Shown piece after piece: positions 35,771 through 48,000 of a stretch of DNA of 64,000 nucleotides. The first letter of the stretch is position 1, and the number at the start of each line of letters is the position of its first letter. This stretch comes from Rhynchopus sp. YZ270_cl-10. Lineage: Eukaryota. A model generated the notes under the pieces. That model worked only from the letters and a program-made list of their open reading frames with translations. It ran no database searches and was not told where the DNA came from. The translations under genes and the position numbers were made by a program. Location of the stretch: contig OZ037834.1 in assembly GCA_964035575.1 (NCBI GenBank), forward strand, positions 434,001 through 498,000. The letters run 5' to 3'.

Positions 35771-36479
35771 AGGAACAGGAAAAAAGTCGTGAAAGAGCAA
35801 CCACAGCTCCACATGACAAACACAAAAGTGTCCAGTCACGTGGGGCATTCATGCACTGAGGAGATAATGTTCCAACAATTTACAAGAAAGATTACTTAAC
35901 CTACTGCTGGAAATTGCCAGGTCGTAGTAACACACAAAGTGTGCCTCCGTTCGGGAATACCGGATATTCTAGTGACCAAAAAGGCCTCAAGAATATCTTC
36001 CGGTAGTCAAGGTATAACCGAATGAACGGCCCAAGACCCCCGTGGAGAAGTTAAATGTTGTAATGCTATCAAGTAGAAACTGCGACCACTGTCTTACCCT
36101 CCTCAATGCATGGTGGAAGATGTCTTTGACAACAAATATCCTGTACCCAGGTGCCCATATTCCCAGACCCACGCAGCACTACGTCGCAGTACTACGCAAA
36201 ATTTACCACCAGACCCTGTCTTCGTGCACCTGAAGTGCAACGCCGCAGACAGGCCAAACATGCGTTGGACTCAGAGGAATGCCTGCTGTGCAGGTATCAT
36301 GAGAACCAACTCCCAGCAACAAGGGGCGCCTTTTGGCGGGCGTTGTTGAGGGTGTTTGGGGTGCAAAGTTTTCCACAATTTTGATGCGCGGGTACAGAAG
36401 TGTTGTCTTGTTCTTTCATCTCTAGGAATGTAAATGTCAATCGCGTTTAACTACCACGAGGGCTTGTTTAGTGAACCCA

Positions 36480-36900
36480 CGAGGGGTCGAAGGGGGTTGG
36501 TTATCCCATATCTATCAAAGGTTGTGTCGACCAGGCGAATCCACTATGTTACGCTGTACGTTGTTAAATCCGAAGAAATAACGCTTTAGCAGCCGCAGGA
36601 AGTTTGTTAAAAAGAGTGCCTCACGCTACACAAACCACCACCCGCGATTGACTTAGATGTTATAACAAAGAGAATTCAGAACAAAACAACACCCTGCCCC
36701 ATACACACTAAATTGTCATGCTTCAAGAGCATGCCTGGGCCAAAATTACTGTGACAAAAAGGCAACAAAACCACCCACAAGGAGTGTGAAATGTGCACTG
36801 GTTTTCTGGGGGAACGCAATATTTTCTTGTGCCTCGTCCTCCGCAAGCAGAGGACAGACTTTCCGGAAGGTTTCCAAAGTCGAATTTCTTGCACTAGCTA
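36480..36900 (+). pseudogene. Degenerate piggyBac-like transposase fragment
   Basis: IKGCVDQAN (cf. the piggyBac GGVD..D motif) at ~36513-36540. Cys-rich KTTHKECEMC...IFLC...SC at ~36765-36892. Frameshifts and stops present. Confidence 0.4.
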
Positions 36901-37190
36901 TGCTCCCTGGGTTAAATGGCAATAGCAGTGACTGACAAAGTGTACCCATCCCCCTTCCACCCCAGATCTTAGTCCGCAAACTCAGAATGGATTGATGCGG
37001 GTGATACTCTTTGGATTTTGAGTTGTTGAATGTCGGAGACGCGGCGAGGCTTCTCATCACAATCGCAGATGCAGTTCAGATTTCACGATCCTGTGATGAG
37101 TGTAAATGTGGAGTGTGATTAATGAATGAAATGTATGGTGTAGAAACGCAGTTATCGGGAAAGGTGAGGTTAATGTGGTAAAAAAAGTGG

Positions 37191-38071
37191 ATAAAACTCG
37201 TGTAATTTTGTGAATTCCCACAAAGGTGGGTGATAATGTGCCCTTTTGTCACTCAATTGTAACCGAGAATGGGAGAATGAAATTTTATTTCCCAACCCAA
37301 CAACAACGATAAAGCGTGAAGACAATAAATGAAATCAAAGCGGAATAAATTTGAGGTTTTGTGAGGCACTCAACGAGTGTGCCGGCTCTGTGGCGTCACG
37401 GAGCCACCAACACTCCCCAGTCATTTTTCCTGCGCTTCCAGGAAAACTCGCGTTTGCGACCAGGCCGAAACGAAAAAATTTAATTCACAGCAAACAGGTG
37501 TGAGGGAGAAGAAAAGAAAGTGAACAAAAACGAAAAAACAATGTTTTTCTGAAATGTGATGTTGTTGGGGTGGGGAGAATAAAACAGTTCCAGAAAAGCT
37601 CCTGCGTCGGTTTTCTTTTAGTTAAAAAAATCACTCAGTAAAAAAAAGAACTTTTTCATCACTCCCCTCAAACACCCTCAAACACTGCCAAAACGAAGAA
37701 GGACAGGATGTATGACACTTACGGATACCAAGTCTCAGCGGGTATGAGAAGCAAGGAGGTGTACAAGAAGAAATGGGACGAGTTCTTGCGGTTTTCAAAC
37801 CTCGAGCGACTTGGTCCGCTTTGTATTGACACGGACCTCGACACCCCGACATGTACTGGCTTTTGAGAAAGGCAGTCGGTTCCTCGGTAGATTGCGTGCA
37901 AGTGAGGGAATATCCATCTGCTTGGAAGACGTCAAAACACCAAACATAGTATTTCGCGACATAAAGGGCAGATCAAATACTCACTGCCTTACATTCTCGG
38001 TTACAATTGAGTGACACAAAGGGCATATAATCTGCAAAATTACACGAGTTTTATTTCGCTGAGTTAGATAA
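37191..38071 (+). mobile_element. Non-autonomous Crypton-like (tyrosine recombinase) element with ~80-bp TIRs
   Basis: TIR ATAAAACTCGTGTAATTTTG...CACTCAATTGTAACCGAGAATG and its reverse complement at ~37992-38055. Internal MRSKEVYKKKWDEFL... remnant shared with the 56216 region. Confidence 0.6.
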
Positions 38072-38076
38072 TTATT

Positions 38077-38895
38077 ATCTCATGAAATAAAGTGAACATT
38101 ATTTCACGAGGTGGTGGGTGACTCAAACTGGGGCTCAACTTCACGAAGCGAGTGGAGTTCAGCATTTTGATTTCATGAGTGAAGTGAGTGTAATCATAAA
38201 AGTGATGTCACGAGCGATAGCGAGTGGGTATCACGTATTCCAGTTTGTGAATCACCCATCAGTTAAATAATGTTCACTTTAGTTTTCGATATGTAATTTT
38301 ATACCACGCGTGAAAAACGTAAACAGGTGAAAAAGTGAGTGAAATAAGATTCGTTTTATTTCACGTTTTATTTCACGCAAATCGTGAAGGATTGGGTGGG
38401 GGAGTGAAATAAAAGATCACGGAGGGATCTGAAGGACACGACGTGTTCTTCCCTGGGCTCGTTCGCTCCTGAAAGTCTGTTGAAACGGAGGAAATCGTCC
38501 CATGTTTTCCTGTACTGCACACCACTGTTCATGTCGTCGAACAAGTTGTCATATGCATCCTCCATCTCCGCAAACTTGCGCGTGGGTTTAGGCATGTGTG
38601 TAAGAGGCAATAAATAATCTGTAATTTGAAGTGCGGTGGTGTGAGGGGTGGAGCGTGGGCTCAACGTTCCACTGTTTACACCTATAAATACGTTTTTCAC
38701 TTGTGGAATAAAATTACATATTGAGTGAAATAAGAACATTTTCTTGCACTTGCCACTAAAAAGGCACCCTCGTGACTCTCTCACTCTTATTCCCCTCGCT
38801 TCGCTCGGGAAATAACGCACTCGGGCACCTTTTTAGTGGCGCGTGAAATAAAATAGTTCTTATTTCACTCGAATAAATAGTTATTATCTCACGGG
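38077..38895 (-). mobile_element. Palindromic MITE (38077-38292) plus a further Crypton-like remnant
   Basis: GTGAAATAA/TTATTTCAC motif arrays. The minus-strand peptide SGVQYRKTWDDFLRF...EEHVVSF resembles the 56216 peptide. Confidence 0.45.
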
Positions 38896-39594
38896 CAATA
38901 ATGTTGTGCTGCGTTTTCGAAATTCCTACAGTATATTTGACAAATGATGTATGACCACCTAGTACGGGGCGTCAAGGTTGGGTATGGTGAACAGTTCCTC
39001 GAAGTCCTATGACTGCAACCCTTTTGGTTGCATGCGCAGATCTCCTCCACATTGCTTTTGCGCCTACTCTCGGCATGGGTTTTGTTTTGTTCTTTGTGTG
39101 CGGAGATAATGTCTACTGTATTTTGTGTAATCTCCAGGAAGGAATTTCGAAAACGCGGCTAAACATTATTACACAAGTGAGATAAAAAATTGTTGGCTCT
39201 CTCTCTGTTGTTTTGGCTTTTGTTTTTTTGTCTATTTGTGACGAGGCCTGGAACACCTGAACATAGGCATATCTGGAAAATCTATCTGAGGTGTGGCAAA
39301 TTAAATATATTCAAGCGTGTGGTTGAGGCGCACCTAAACATAAGTAAGTGCCAAGTCTGAACATTTATTTTCAGAGGCCTTAGTGAGGCTGTTTCGGCCT
39401 CGTTGCATTGTATCATGATGTAATAAGGTTCACATACTTTCGATTCAAAGAAGAGAAAGCACACAAGAAAATAAAATGCTGCAAACCACTGGGTGTGTTG
39501 TTTGCATCTACACAAGTAACTGAAAGTTAAACATTTACATACCTTGTCATCCCCGTAGCCTCCGCCTTCGCTGCTGTCAAGCTGCCTTCTCTTG

Positions 39595-39707
39595 GTACCC
39601 AGTACCCAGTACCCAGTACCCAGTACCCAGTACCCAGTACCCAGTACCCAGTACCCAGTACCCAGTACCCAGTACCCAGTACCCAGTACCCAAATTGGTC
39701 GCCCCCT
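39595..39707 (-). repeat. (CCCAGTA)~13 abutting a hAT-like terminus (CAGGGGGCGACCAATTTGG on the minus strand)
   Basis: Direct reading. CAGGG-type end is typical of hAT TIRs. Confidence 0.65.
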
Positions 39708-41169
39708 GGTTGGTCGAGAACCTAAAAATGCAAAAAAACGCAAAATTCATGTGTTTTGACCATGGGTACACCAAATACACACCTCTGAACAAGCCTATAC
39801 CCAGTAGTAGGCAACAAGCGCTATTTTTTGACCAAGAAAAAAAAAATCCCCCAAAAATTGGGTGTAGTAGGTCATAAAATGGCCCAAAAAATCCAAAGAA
39901 AACCTCAGATTGACCAAACAATGAAAAAAATTTTCAAGTCAAATTTTCAGCCAAAATACGGCTATTTTGGTTATACCATGTGTACTGTAGTGGCTATACA
40001 AGGCGATTTTCGGCCAAAAAAATTTTTTTGGCCAAAAAAAAAAATTTTTTTTCGGCCCAAAAAAAAAAAAAATTTTTTTTTTTGGGTCCGACTGTCGGAC
40101 CCCTGAGTCCGACAGTCGGACTCCAGAGTCCGTCTGTCGGACTCCAGAGTCCGACAGACGGACCCCTGAGTCCGTCTGTCGGACTCAGGGGGTCCGACTG
40201 TCGGACTCAGGGGGTAAGTCCGTTATTTACACACTCCAAGCACGACAGACCGCACCGTGCAAGTGTTTTTGAGGCCTGCTCACTACACCCTAGGTACCCT
40301 TCTGAGACCAAAAAGTCAAAAAAAGCATGAATTGGGCTGTTTTGAGCATCTAGAGTTTATTCCCCAGCCATTTTCTGTACCGCCAGTGCACTTTGTATGG
40401 GCCAGCGCCTTGTCAAAAAATCGAAAAATCTCAAAAAAAAAAATTTTTTTTTCGGGAAAATTTCGACCACTGAGGTGGGTCTTTGGGCACCAAAAAATGC
40501 AAAAAAAATGCAAAAATCGGGTGTTTTGACCATCTGTGGTTACACAAAACACACTTCTGTGTACAAGCCTACACCAATACAGTGGTAATACAAGGCGATT
40601 TTTGACCAAAAAAAAATATTTTTTTTCGCCCAAAATCGGGCGTGGTACGTCATAAAATGGCCCAAAAAATCCAAGGAAAACCTTCGATTGGGCAAATTAT
40701 GAAAAAAATTTTCAAGTCAAATTTTCAACCAAAATACGGTCATTTTGTTCACACAGTGATTCTACGTCATGCTAGCTTCCTGTGCAGAACTCCAGCAATT
40801 CACCAATGCCGGCATCTATCTTTCCATTATCGCCATTGCACTTCGTGTGTTACCAACGTGCTCAAGAAATGGCGTGCTGTCACACTCCAACCAGAGTATC
40901 GAACCCGTACGTACATAACGGAGATCCACGAGCCCACCCAAAGGCGGAGGGTCTAGCCGAAGGCGGACGAGCTAGCCCAATCCGGACGAGCGAGCCTCAA
41001 TCTAGACGAGCGAGCCTCATAAAGCACACCAGCTCCAATCTGACGGGGAACTTCGAGCCTCTAAGCCCAGAGAAAGAACCTGGCCACCGGAGGGCCCTAA
41101 CGGCCCGAAGAGGAGGCGCCCCATAGGGCGTTGGGGCCAAGGGACTTAAGTCGCCCTAACGCTTCGCTA

Positions 41170-41312
41170 AGTACCTGGAAAAATCCCTAAGGAAAAAAGT
41201 GGAAAAAAAGTGTCTCAAAATTGACATCTATTTTTTGACCTTTTTGCTGGGTAGGTTTGGGTCGGTCCGACCTGACCCTACTGAGTCGGTTTAAGTCGGA
41301 TTGGTAGCCTTG
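41170..41312 (-). mobile_element. Second copy of the hAT terminus (non-autonomous derivative)
   Basis: AAGTCGGATTGGTAGCCTTG is identical to 34978-34997, with GGGTCGG subterminal motifs. Confidence 0.7.
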
Positions 41313-43130
41313 TCCCCTATCATCTCCCCTCTTCCCCTATACAAGGGAAGTCTCGTGACTATGTAACCTACAAAACCACCATTTAAGCACCTCAGTATCA
41401 TACCCCATCTAAGCACCCTCAACCCTCATCCACACAGATTCGCCTCCTTAAACCTGCAAACCTGCAAACCTTCTAACACCTCAGAGGGCAAGGCCCGCAG
41501 ACCCTTATTCCAATGGAAGAATTTTTCAAAAATCCTAAAAAACCTTAGTTTTTTAGTCTTTACTATAGAGATGTGCGCCACCCCCACACCCACACACACT
41601 ACCCACCCACACACACCCTCACCATCCAGAGGGGATTTGACCAAAAAATCGATTTTTTTAAATAAATAGTTGCTCATCCAAAAGTGAATTTTTTGGGCTT
41701 AACGTGTTGTTTGGGGGTATTGAGGCCCAAAAAAAAAAATTTAAGACAGTCCTGTTCAAAAAATGGACTGCCAAATGACATGTGGCATTCGGCCAAAAAT
41801 CAGCTTTTTTGGTCATTTTTACCTTGTAAAACATGACACTTGTGGCATGCTTCCCAGCACAGGAAAGTGCATTGAAAAACCTGAAAAAACACCTGTAATA
41901 TGTGTTGGTCAAAAGTGCAAGATTCCTTTGTTAATGAACTTTTTGAGTACCAGTTATACCTGGGGAATATGGTCAGATCACTCTTTTGACCATCTGGCGT
42001 TTACCACAAAAACACCACTTTTTAACAGGCCACTTTTCACCTGAAAAACCAGTTCATGAAGGCACAAGTGAAGTTTTTTTGTACACGTTACCGTGAGCGG
42101 GCGCGCGAAGCGCGCACGCGAACGCCCCGTGGGAAGCGAATAGCGGACCACCTGCCCATTGCGTGAGGTGCTTACAAAAAAAACCACCTGTAATAAAAGT
42201 GTGGTCCTCATCACGTTTCAATGGAAGTGTCACAAGAACGACAGGTTTTTTAGCCCGTCACCAAATTCTCTATACTTCCTATGACTGGACCCAACTCCCC
42301 TCACTATTTTTCCCTAAAAAAACGCAAAAAACGCCCAAAAAATTCTGCCAAAAATATCAAAAATATCAAAAATGCGCATTTTTGCCGTGCATCCTTAAGG
42401 TAACTTAAGCGACTTAAGTTTTTTTTTTTTAAAAAACTTAAGTCACTTAAGTTACACAGCCATGATTTTCCATAGCTTTTTTTTTTTTTTTTTCCAAAAT
42501 CCTCAAACCGAATTTTTCGTTTTTTGAAACCGGTAAACCGATATTTTAAACTCCCCTGGTACCGTGGCTTCGCCAGAAGCTTTCGTTTATAGCGAAATAC
42601 GTAAGTAAAATTTACGGAAAGTGTCGTTAATTACGAACGACAGCGCCATTTTATGGCAACATTTTTCAGAAATGTTGCGTACCGTGGCTTCGCCTGGACC
42701 CTTTGGATGCCATAACCGCCTCTTCTTTTACAGATGCACTGAGGTTACTGATAAGAAGGCTGACACCCACTACGGCTTGTGCTTCACCCTCCCCACCTGC
42801 CTTTCACGATTTTGTGCATCAGAGGTGAGAAAGAGCCTCACCTTCTTGCACTAGCAGGGAGTCGCGCGCGCGAAGCGCGCGCAGCGACCGCTTTTTGCGG
42901 GGGGAAAGCTCGGGACCCTTTTATTATGCACACTGACTATGTCAGTATGGGTGGGAAAAAATTTTTTACCCCCTTTTTTTACCATACATTAGAAGTACAT
43001 TTTTTTGACTTTATTTTGGGGTGGGCCACACCACAGTTAAACTTAAAATTTTTTAAACTTTCAAAAGTTAAACTTTAAATAAAAGGCCAAAAACGGTGGA
43101 CCTATTATTACGGAATAATAGGTCTACTGT

Positions 43131-43622
43131 TGGTGCTTCCCGGGGGGTGTGCATTTCACAAATTTTCACAAAATGTGACAAGTTTTCACAAATTTTCACA
43201 ACACGAAAACCGCTACAAAATTGTGAAGGCTGGTGAAAAGTGGTGAAAAATTGTGGAAAAATGTGAAAAGTTGTGAATAGTTGTGAAAAGTTGTGAATTG
43301 ATTTTTTTTTTTTGTGTGCTTTTTTTTTTGGGCGGGGTGGTGGTGACCCACCCATTGAGGGGTACGCTGGGATTCACAAGATAGAACGTGATGTGGTGTA
43401 CCTGTGTACCTGTGTACTGTGTGATGTGCGGAAATGACGAGAACTTGTCCATTTCGGCAAATTGACCCCACTACTGGCCGTACGGATTCCGGAAATGCAA
43501 ATGCCGGCGTCTAAGAGCTTCACCAACGAGAGAAAAAAGGGTAGTGAAAAGTTGTGAATAGTTGTGAAAAGTTGTGAATTGAATTGAAAATTTGTGAAAT
43601 GCATACCCCCCGGGAAGCACCA
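43131..43622 (-). mobile_element. ~490-bp TIR element (MITE), copy 3, inverted, 5-bp TSD ACTGT
   Basis: Reverse complement of 19049-19535. ACTGT at 43126-43130 and 43623-43627. Confidence 0.92.
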
Positions 43623-45063
43623 ACTGTAATAATAGGTCTACCCCCCCTTTACGTACTAAGGTGTACATTTATTGTATGCTCGGTGAGGGTGGACAGGAGT
43701 GTTATTTTGCGTATCAGGCTGCACACAACTTCTATGTGGCGTAGTTAGTGGAAATATTAAGGGTGTGTGATGTACCTGTCGCGCAAGATCATTCCTTTTT
43801 ATCCCACCCCCTTGTCTTTGATTCCCGCCACCCCCTCCGCACACTAGTTCATACTCAAGGGCATCTTCCCTTTCGTGCCCCGATTAGTGATGTCTTTACG
43901 TATATATCCCCACTTTTGTTTTCCCCCCGATACACCCCTTGGATTTAATTTTGCTTGCTCGCCTGGCGGTGTGGATCTGATTGAGTTCCGATTCCCCCAG
44001 CACTGCAGGACTTTGACCGCAGTTGACCTGAGCGGTTTGTCTGCACTCTCCAGGATTGAGGATGTTTTTTTATCTTTGTGTAAAGCATTGACGATAGCAA
44101 ATCTCAATGGCTTGCGTGCAGGCACCACAATTGGGTCCCACTTCATGTTTCAATGCCCAGACTAGACTGTGCGTGGACTGGGCACGTGTAGCTACGTAGT
44201 GTTGTACAGTGTGGATTGTCATTGAGCCTAGTGTATATACTAGGCAGGTGTTAACATTGGGGCAGACTTGACTAAATCGATACAAGGTGGTATCCGCACG
44301 TGAGATACGCATTAGGAGTTTAGACGGAGAGAACTACACAGTCTAGGTGAGTACGATACCAACGTCCGAAGGTGGCGTCTGCATCGTTGTGAGAAGACGA
44401 GTTTTACTAGGGAGAGGTTAACGACAGAGTATGTTCAGGACTCAACAGTCGGCTGAAATTGTTTGCGCCAATTAGTCGCTGATACGACAGAAGGCGTGAC
44501 GACCACGACGTTTTGTTTTTGTTTCGTTTTCATTTTATCATTGCTTTTCCCACCCACACCCGCATCGGCCCTCCCGAAGTAGGTTACAGACTTAACTTAC
44601 AGTAACAAAAAAAAAGTACGCCCCGCCGAATCTCCCACATTTTTTTTTTTTTTAAAATTTTTCTTTGGAACTTTCACAGCTCTTCCCAACTTTCGAACTT
44701 TTACGAGGAGGTTTTTTTTATAAATTGTTTTCAGTCGGAACTGACACGTATGGAAAACCCACATGTACTTACTTTCCTCATTTTTGGGTGAGCTGTGTAA
44801 TCCCTGCCCCAACCGACGAGATCAAAACATGCACGATTTCCCCCCATCACAGTTGAGCGATTCAGCATGCTCAATCAACCAAAAGCTCAAAGAGAAATTT
44901 GTCCTTACGAGCACAAAAAAGAAACCACACCCATCACCACTACAGAGGTTTGCGGGTTTTCCTCCCCGCCCTATAGCCTCCCCCCTCCCCCACCCCCCTC
45001 CACACACACACATTTATTTCCTCTTTTTTTTTCTTTTCTCTTTTTCTTTGCGCCCCTGTGTAG

Positions 45064-48000
45064 ATGGTGTGGCGCGCACTGTTTGCTGTGTGTGTGGTGC
45101 TGGTGTTGCCTCCGGTTGCAGGAGAGGAGGATGAACAGATGGACCTCGAGGTGGTGACGGAGGTGGTCTCCATGGATTCACGCAGTGCAATGGTGTTGAA
45201 CCACGTGAACACGCTTCCTGGGGGCGGGACGCCGAATCACAACCCTTTGTTTGATGCAGGACCATCCATCACGGTTGTGGAGGACAGTGGGATTTACGGG
45301 CCGCGTCCGTGGGCGACGAATATCGTTGATGGGGATGGTCCGCTTGATGCGTTGTTGCGTCCGACAGACAGTGGACGGCAGTCTGTCCGGTTTGTCGTGG
45401 TTGCGCAGCAGGCCTACCTCTTCGATGGGCCTGCAGGGCAGCCGCAGGTCACAAACCAAGGTTTTCTGACGTTCACCCCTGCGCCAGACCAATGTGGTGT
45501 AACATCCGTGACAGTAGAGCTGCGTGACGATGGCAACCCTGCCTGTGTTGACGGAGCCCCTGCAGGAGCACCGCTCTTCGTCTGCCCCGGAGCCTGCCAA
45601 CCTGCAGACTGCTCTGTAAGCGTGGAGGTTCAGTTCACCATCACCATTGTCTGCGTTAATGACCCGCCACGCTTCACAGATTTGGGTGACCAGACAAGCA
45701 CAGAAGATGCAGGGCTGATCACCGTCAACAACTGGGCCTTCAATGTAAACAAAGGTGCAGGAGACAGCCGTACTGCGATCACCAACTTCGAGCTCGAGCA
45801 GCTGCTCACATTCTCCGTTTCCATTGTGTCTGGTGCAGAGCTTTTCAGTGTGGGGCCACAGATTCTTTGGAACTCGCTTGACCCAACCACAGCGGACCTG
45901 ACCTACCAGACTGCTCCAGGGGCATGCGGTATTGCAGTGATCGCAGTCGGGCTGACAGACAACGGTGGCACTGCGAATGGCGGGTCTGACACTATGGTAC
46001 CGGAGCGCACCTTCCAGATCACGATTGAGTGCGACAATGACCCGCCCTCTTTTACCTGCGGCGATGCGGTTGTGATTGACGAAGACTTTGGTCCGTACAC
46101 ACAGTCGAACTGGGCCACGCAGATCAGCAAGGGGAACGGCTTCAACGATGGAAACGAGAATGCACAACAACTCTTCTTTGACCTGGAGTTTGCGAACCCT
46201 GGGGACGCGAACCTGTTTCTGACCCCGCCACGCATTGACCCTGCTACTGGAACACTTCAGTTCGAGGCGAAGGCTGACGCCAACACAGGTGGACGCAACG
46301 TCGAGCTCTATGTACGTCTCCGCGACGACGGCGGCATGGCGCCACGAGACCGCTCCTGCGACCCGATCTCTGCCTGCTGCAAGCTTCTCATCGTCATCAA
46401 CCCCATCAACGACCCACCCAGCTTCACATGCGGGCCTGACATCATCATCTGCGAGGACCTCATGAACCTCCCCGTCACGCCAACACCACCGATCTACACA
46501 GACGGAACGAACTGGGCAAGGAACATCAACATCGGTGCTGTCAACGAGGGGATTGGGTTGGGGCAGGAGGGGCAGCAGCTAGTGTTCACCCTGACGAATA
46601 CGAATCAGGGGATGTTCGTGCGGCAGCCGTCGCTCGATTCGGCAGGGACGCTGACGTTTGAGCTCCAGCCGAATGCAAATGGTGTTGCGGTTGTGACTGT
46701 AAACAGTGCGGACACAGGGTCGGTTGGGCCGCCGGGGTCGAACCAGGGCCCGACCTGCCAGTTCACGATCACAGTGCTGCCGGTCTCGGATGCACCAACG
46801 TTCACACTCCCTGCAACACAGCCGCTGATTGTGCACGAGGATGACCCACCCTCCCTGACGGACTTCCCCACCTTCATGACGAACATCAACCGTGGGCCCC
46901 TTGATGAGGCTGGCCAGGTCATCTCTCTGAGTGTTGAGAACAGCAACACGGCGCTGTTCACGGTGCAGCCACGGTTGGAGATGATTTCGACGAACACAGC
47001 GAGGCTTGCGTTTGAGCTGGCACCGGATATGTGCGGGCAGGCGATCCTGCATATTACGGTTGCAGATGATGGGGACATACAACAGTGCAACGGCAAAGGA
47101 CAGTCGACGACGACAGCGAACTACACTATCAAGGTGGAATGCGAGAACGACCCACCATCATTCCACCTGGGGCCTGTGTGCTGTGCGAAGAAGACAACCT
47201 GCACAGGAGACGTATGCGCCATCATCCTCTGCGAGGACGACGCGGTCAACGGCTACACACAGACCGGGTTCGCAACCAACATTGTCCCTGGTCCCGATAA
47301 GTTCGACGAGAACGACCAGACCGTCGCCTTCATTGTCAACACCGACAACTCACAGCTCTTCTCCACACCCCCGTCGATATCCCCCTCGGGCACTCTCACC
47401 TTCACCACCGCTAAAGATATGTACGGCGACGCAACGATGTCCGTCTCGCTTGTCGACAGTGGGGTACCTCCTAGGTCCTCCGAGGTACAACAGTATGTCA
47501 TCAATGTGCGCCCCTCTAACGACCCACCGGTGTTCTCGATTCGTGGGGACCTGATTGGGACCAGTGTTCTGGAGTGTGTGGTGCCGTATGAGCCGCGTGG
47601 GTGTTCGTTCCTGTCTAATGCGCCTGGCTGTGCACGCACCTTCCCTAGCTGGATCTACGATGCGGCACCTGGGCCCACGAACGAAGCCTTGCAGGGCATG
47701 ACCTTCAAGGTGGAGGTAGGCAACGCGGCAGATGACCTCTTCACGGTGCTTCCCACCATCGATATGTCCGGGACACTGTCGTTCACTCTCAAGCCCGGTG
47801 CGGTGACGTCGTCGCCCATCACCCTCATCATCACCGCAACAGACGACGGGAACTCCATCCAAGGCGGAGTCATGAACGGTCAGGCAACCTGCCCAGGTTC
47901 GGACACCACCGTGCAGACCCTGCAGTTTGAAATCATGAACGTAAACAACCCACCCTGCTTCACCTGCGGCACCACCAAAGAGGTCTTGGAGGACTCCGGG

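Noticed and set aside
43844..44330. Possible helicase or TE coding remnant on the minus strand
   Set aside because: Coding-like composition but no motif I can assign with confidence.
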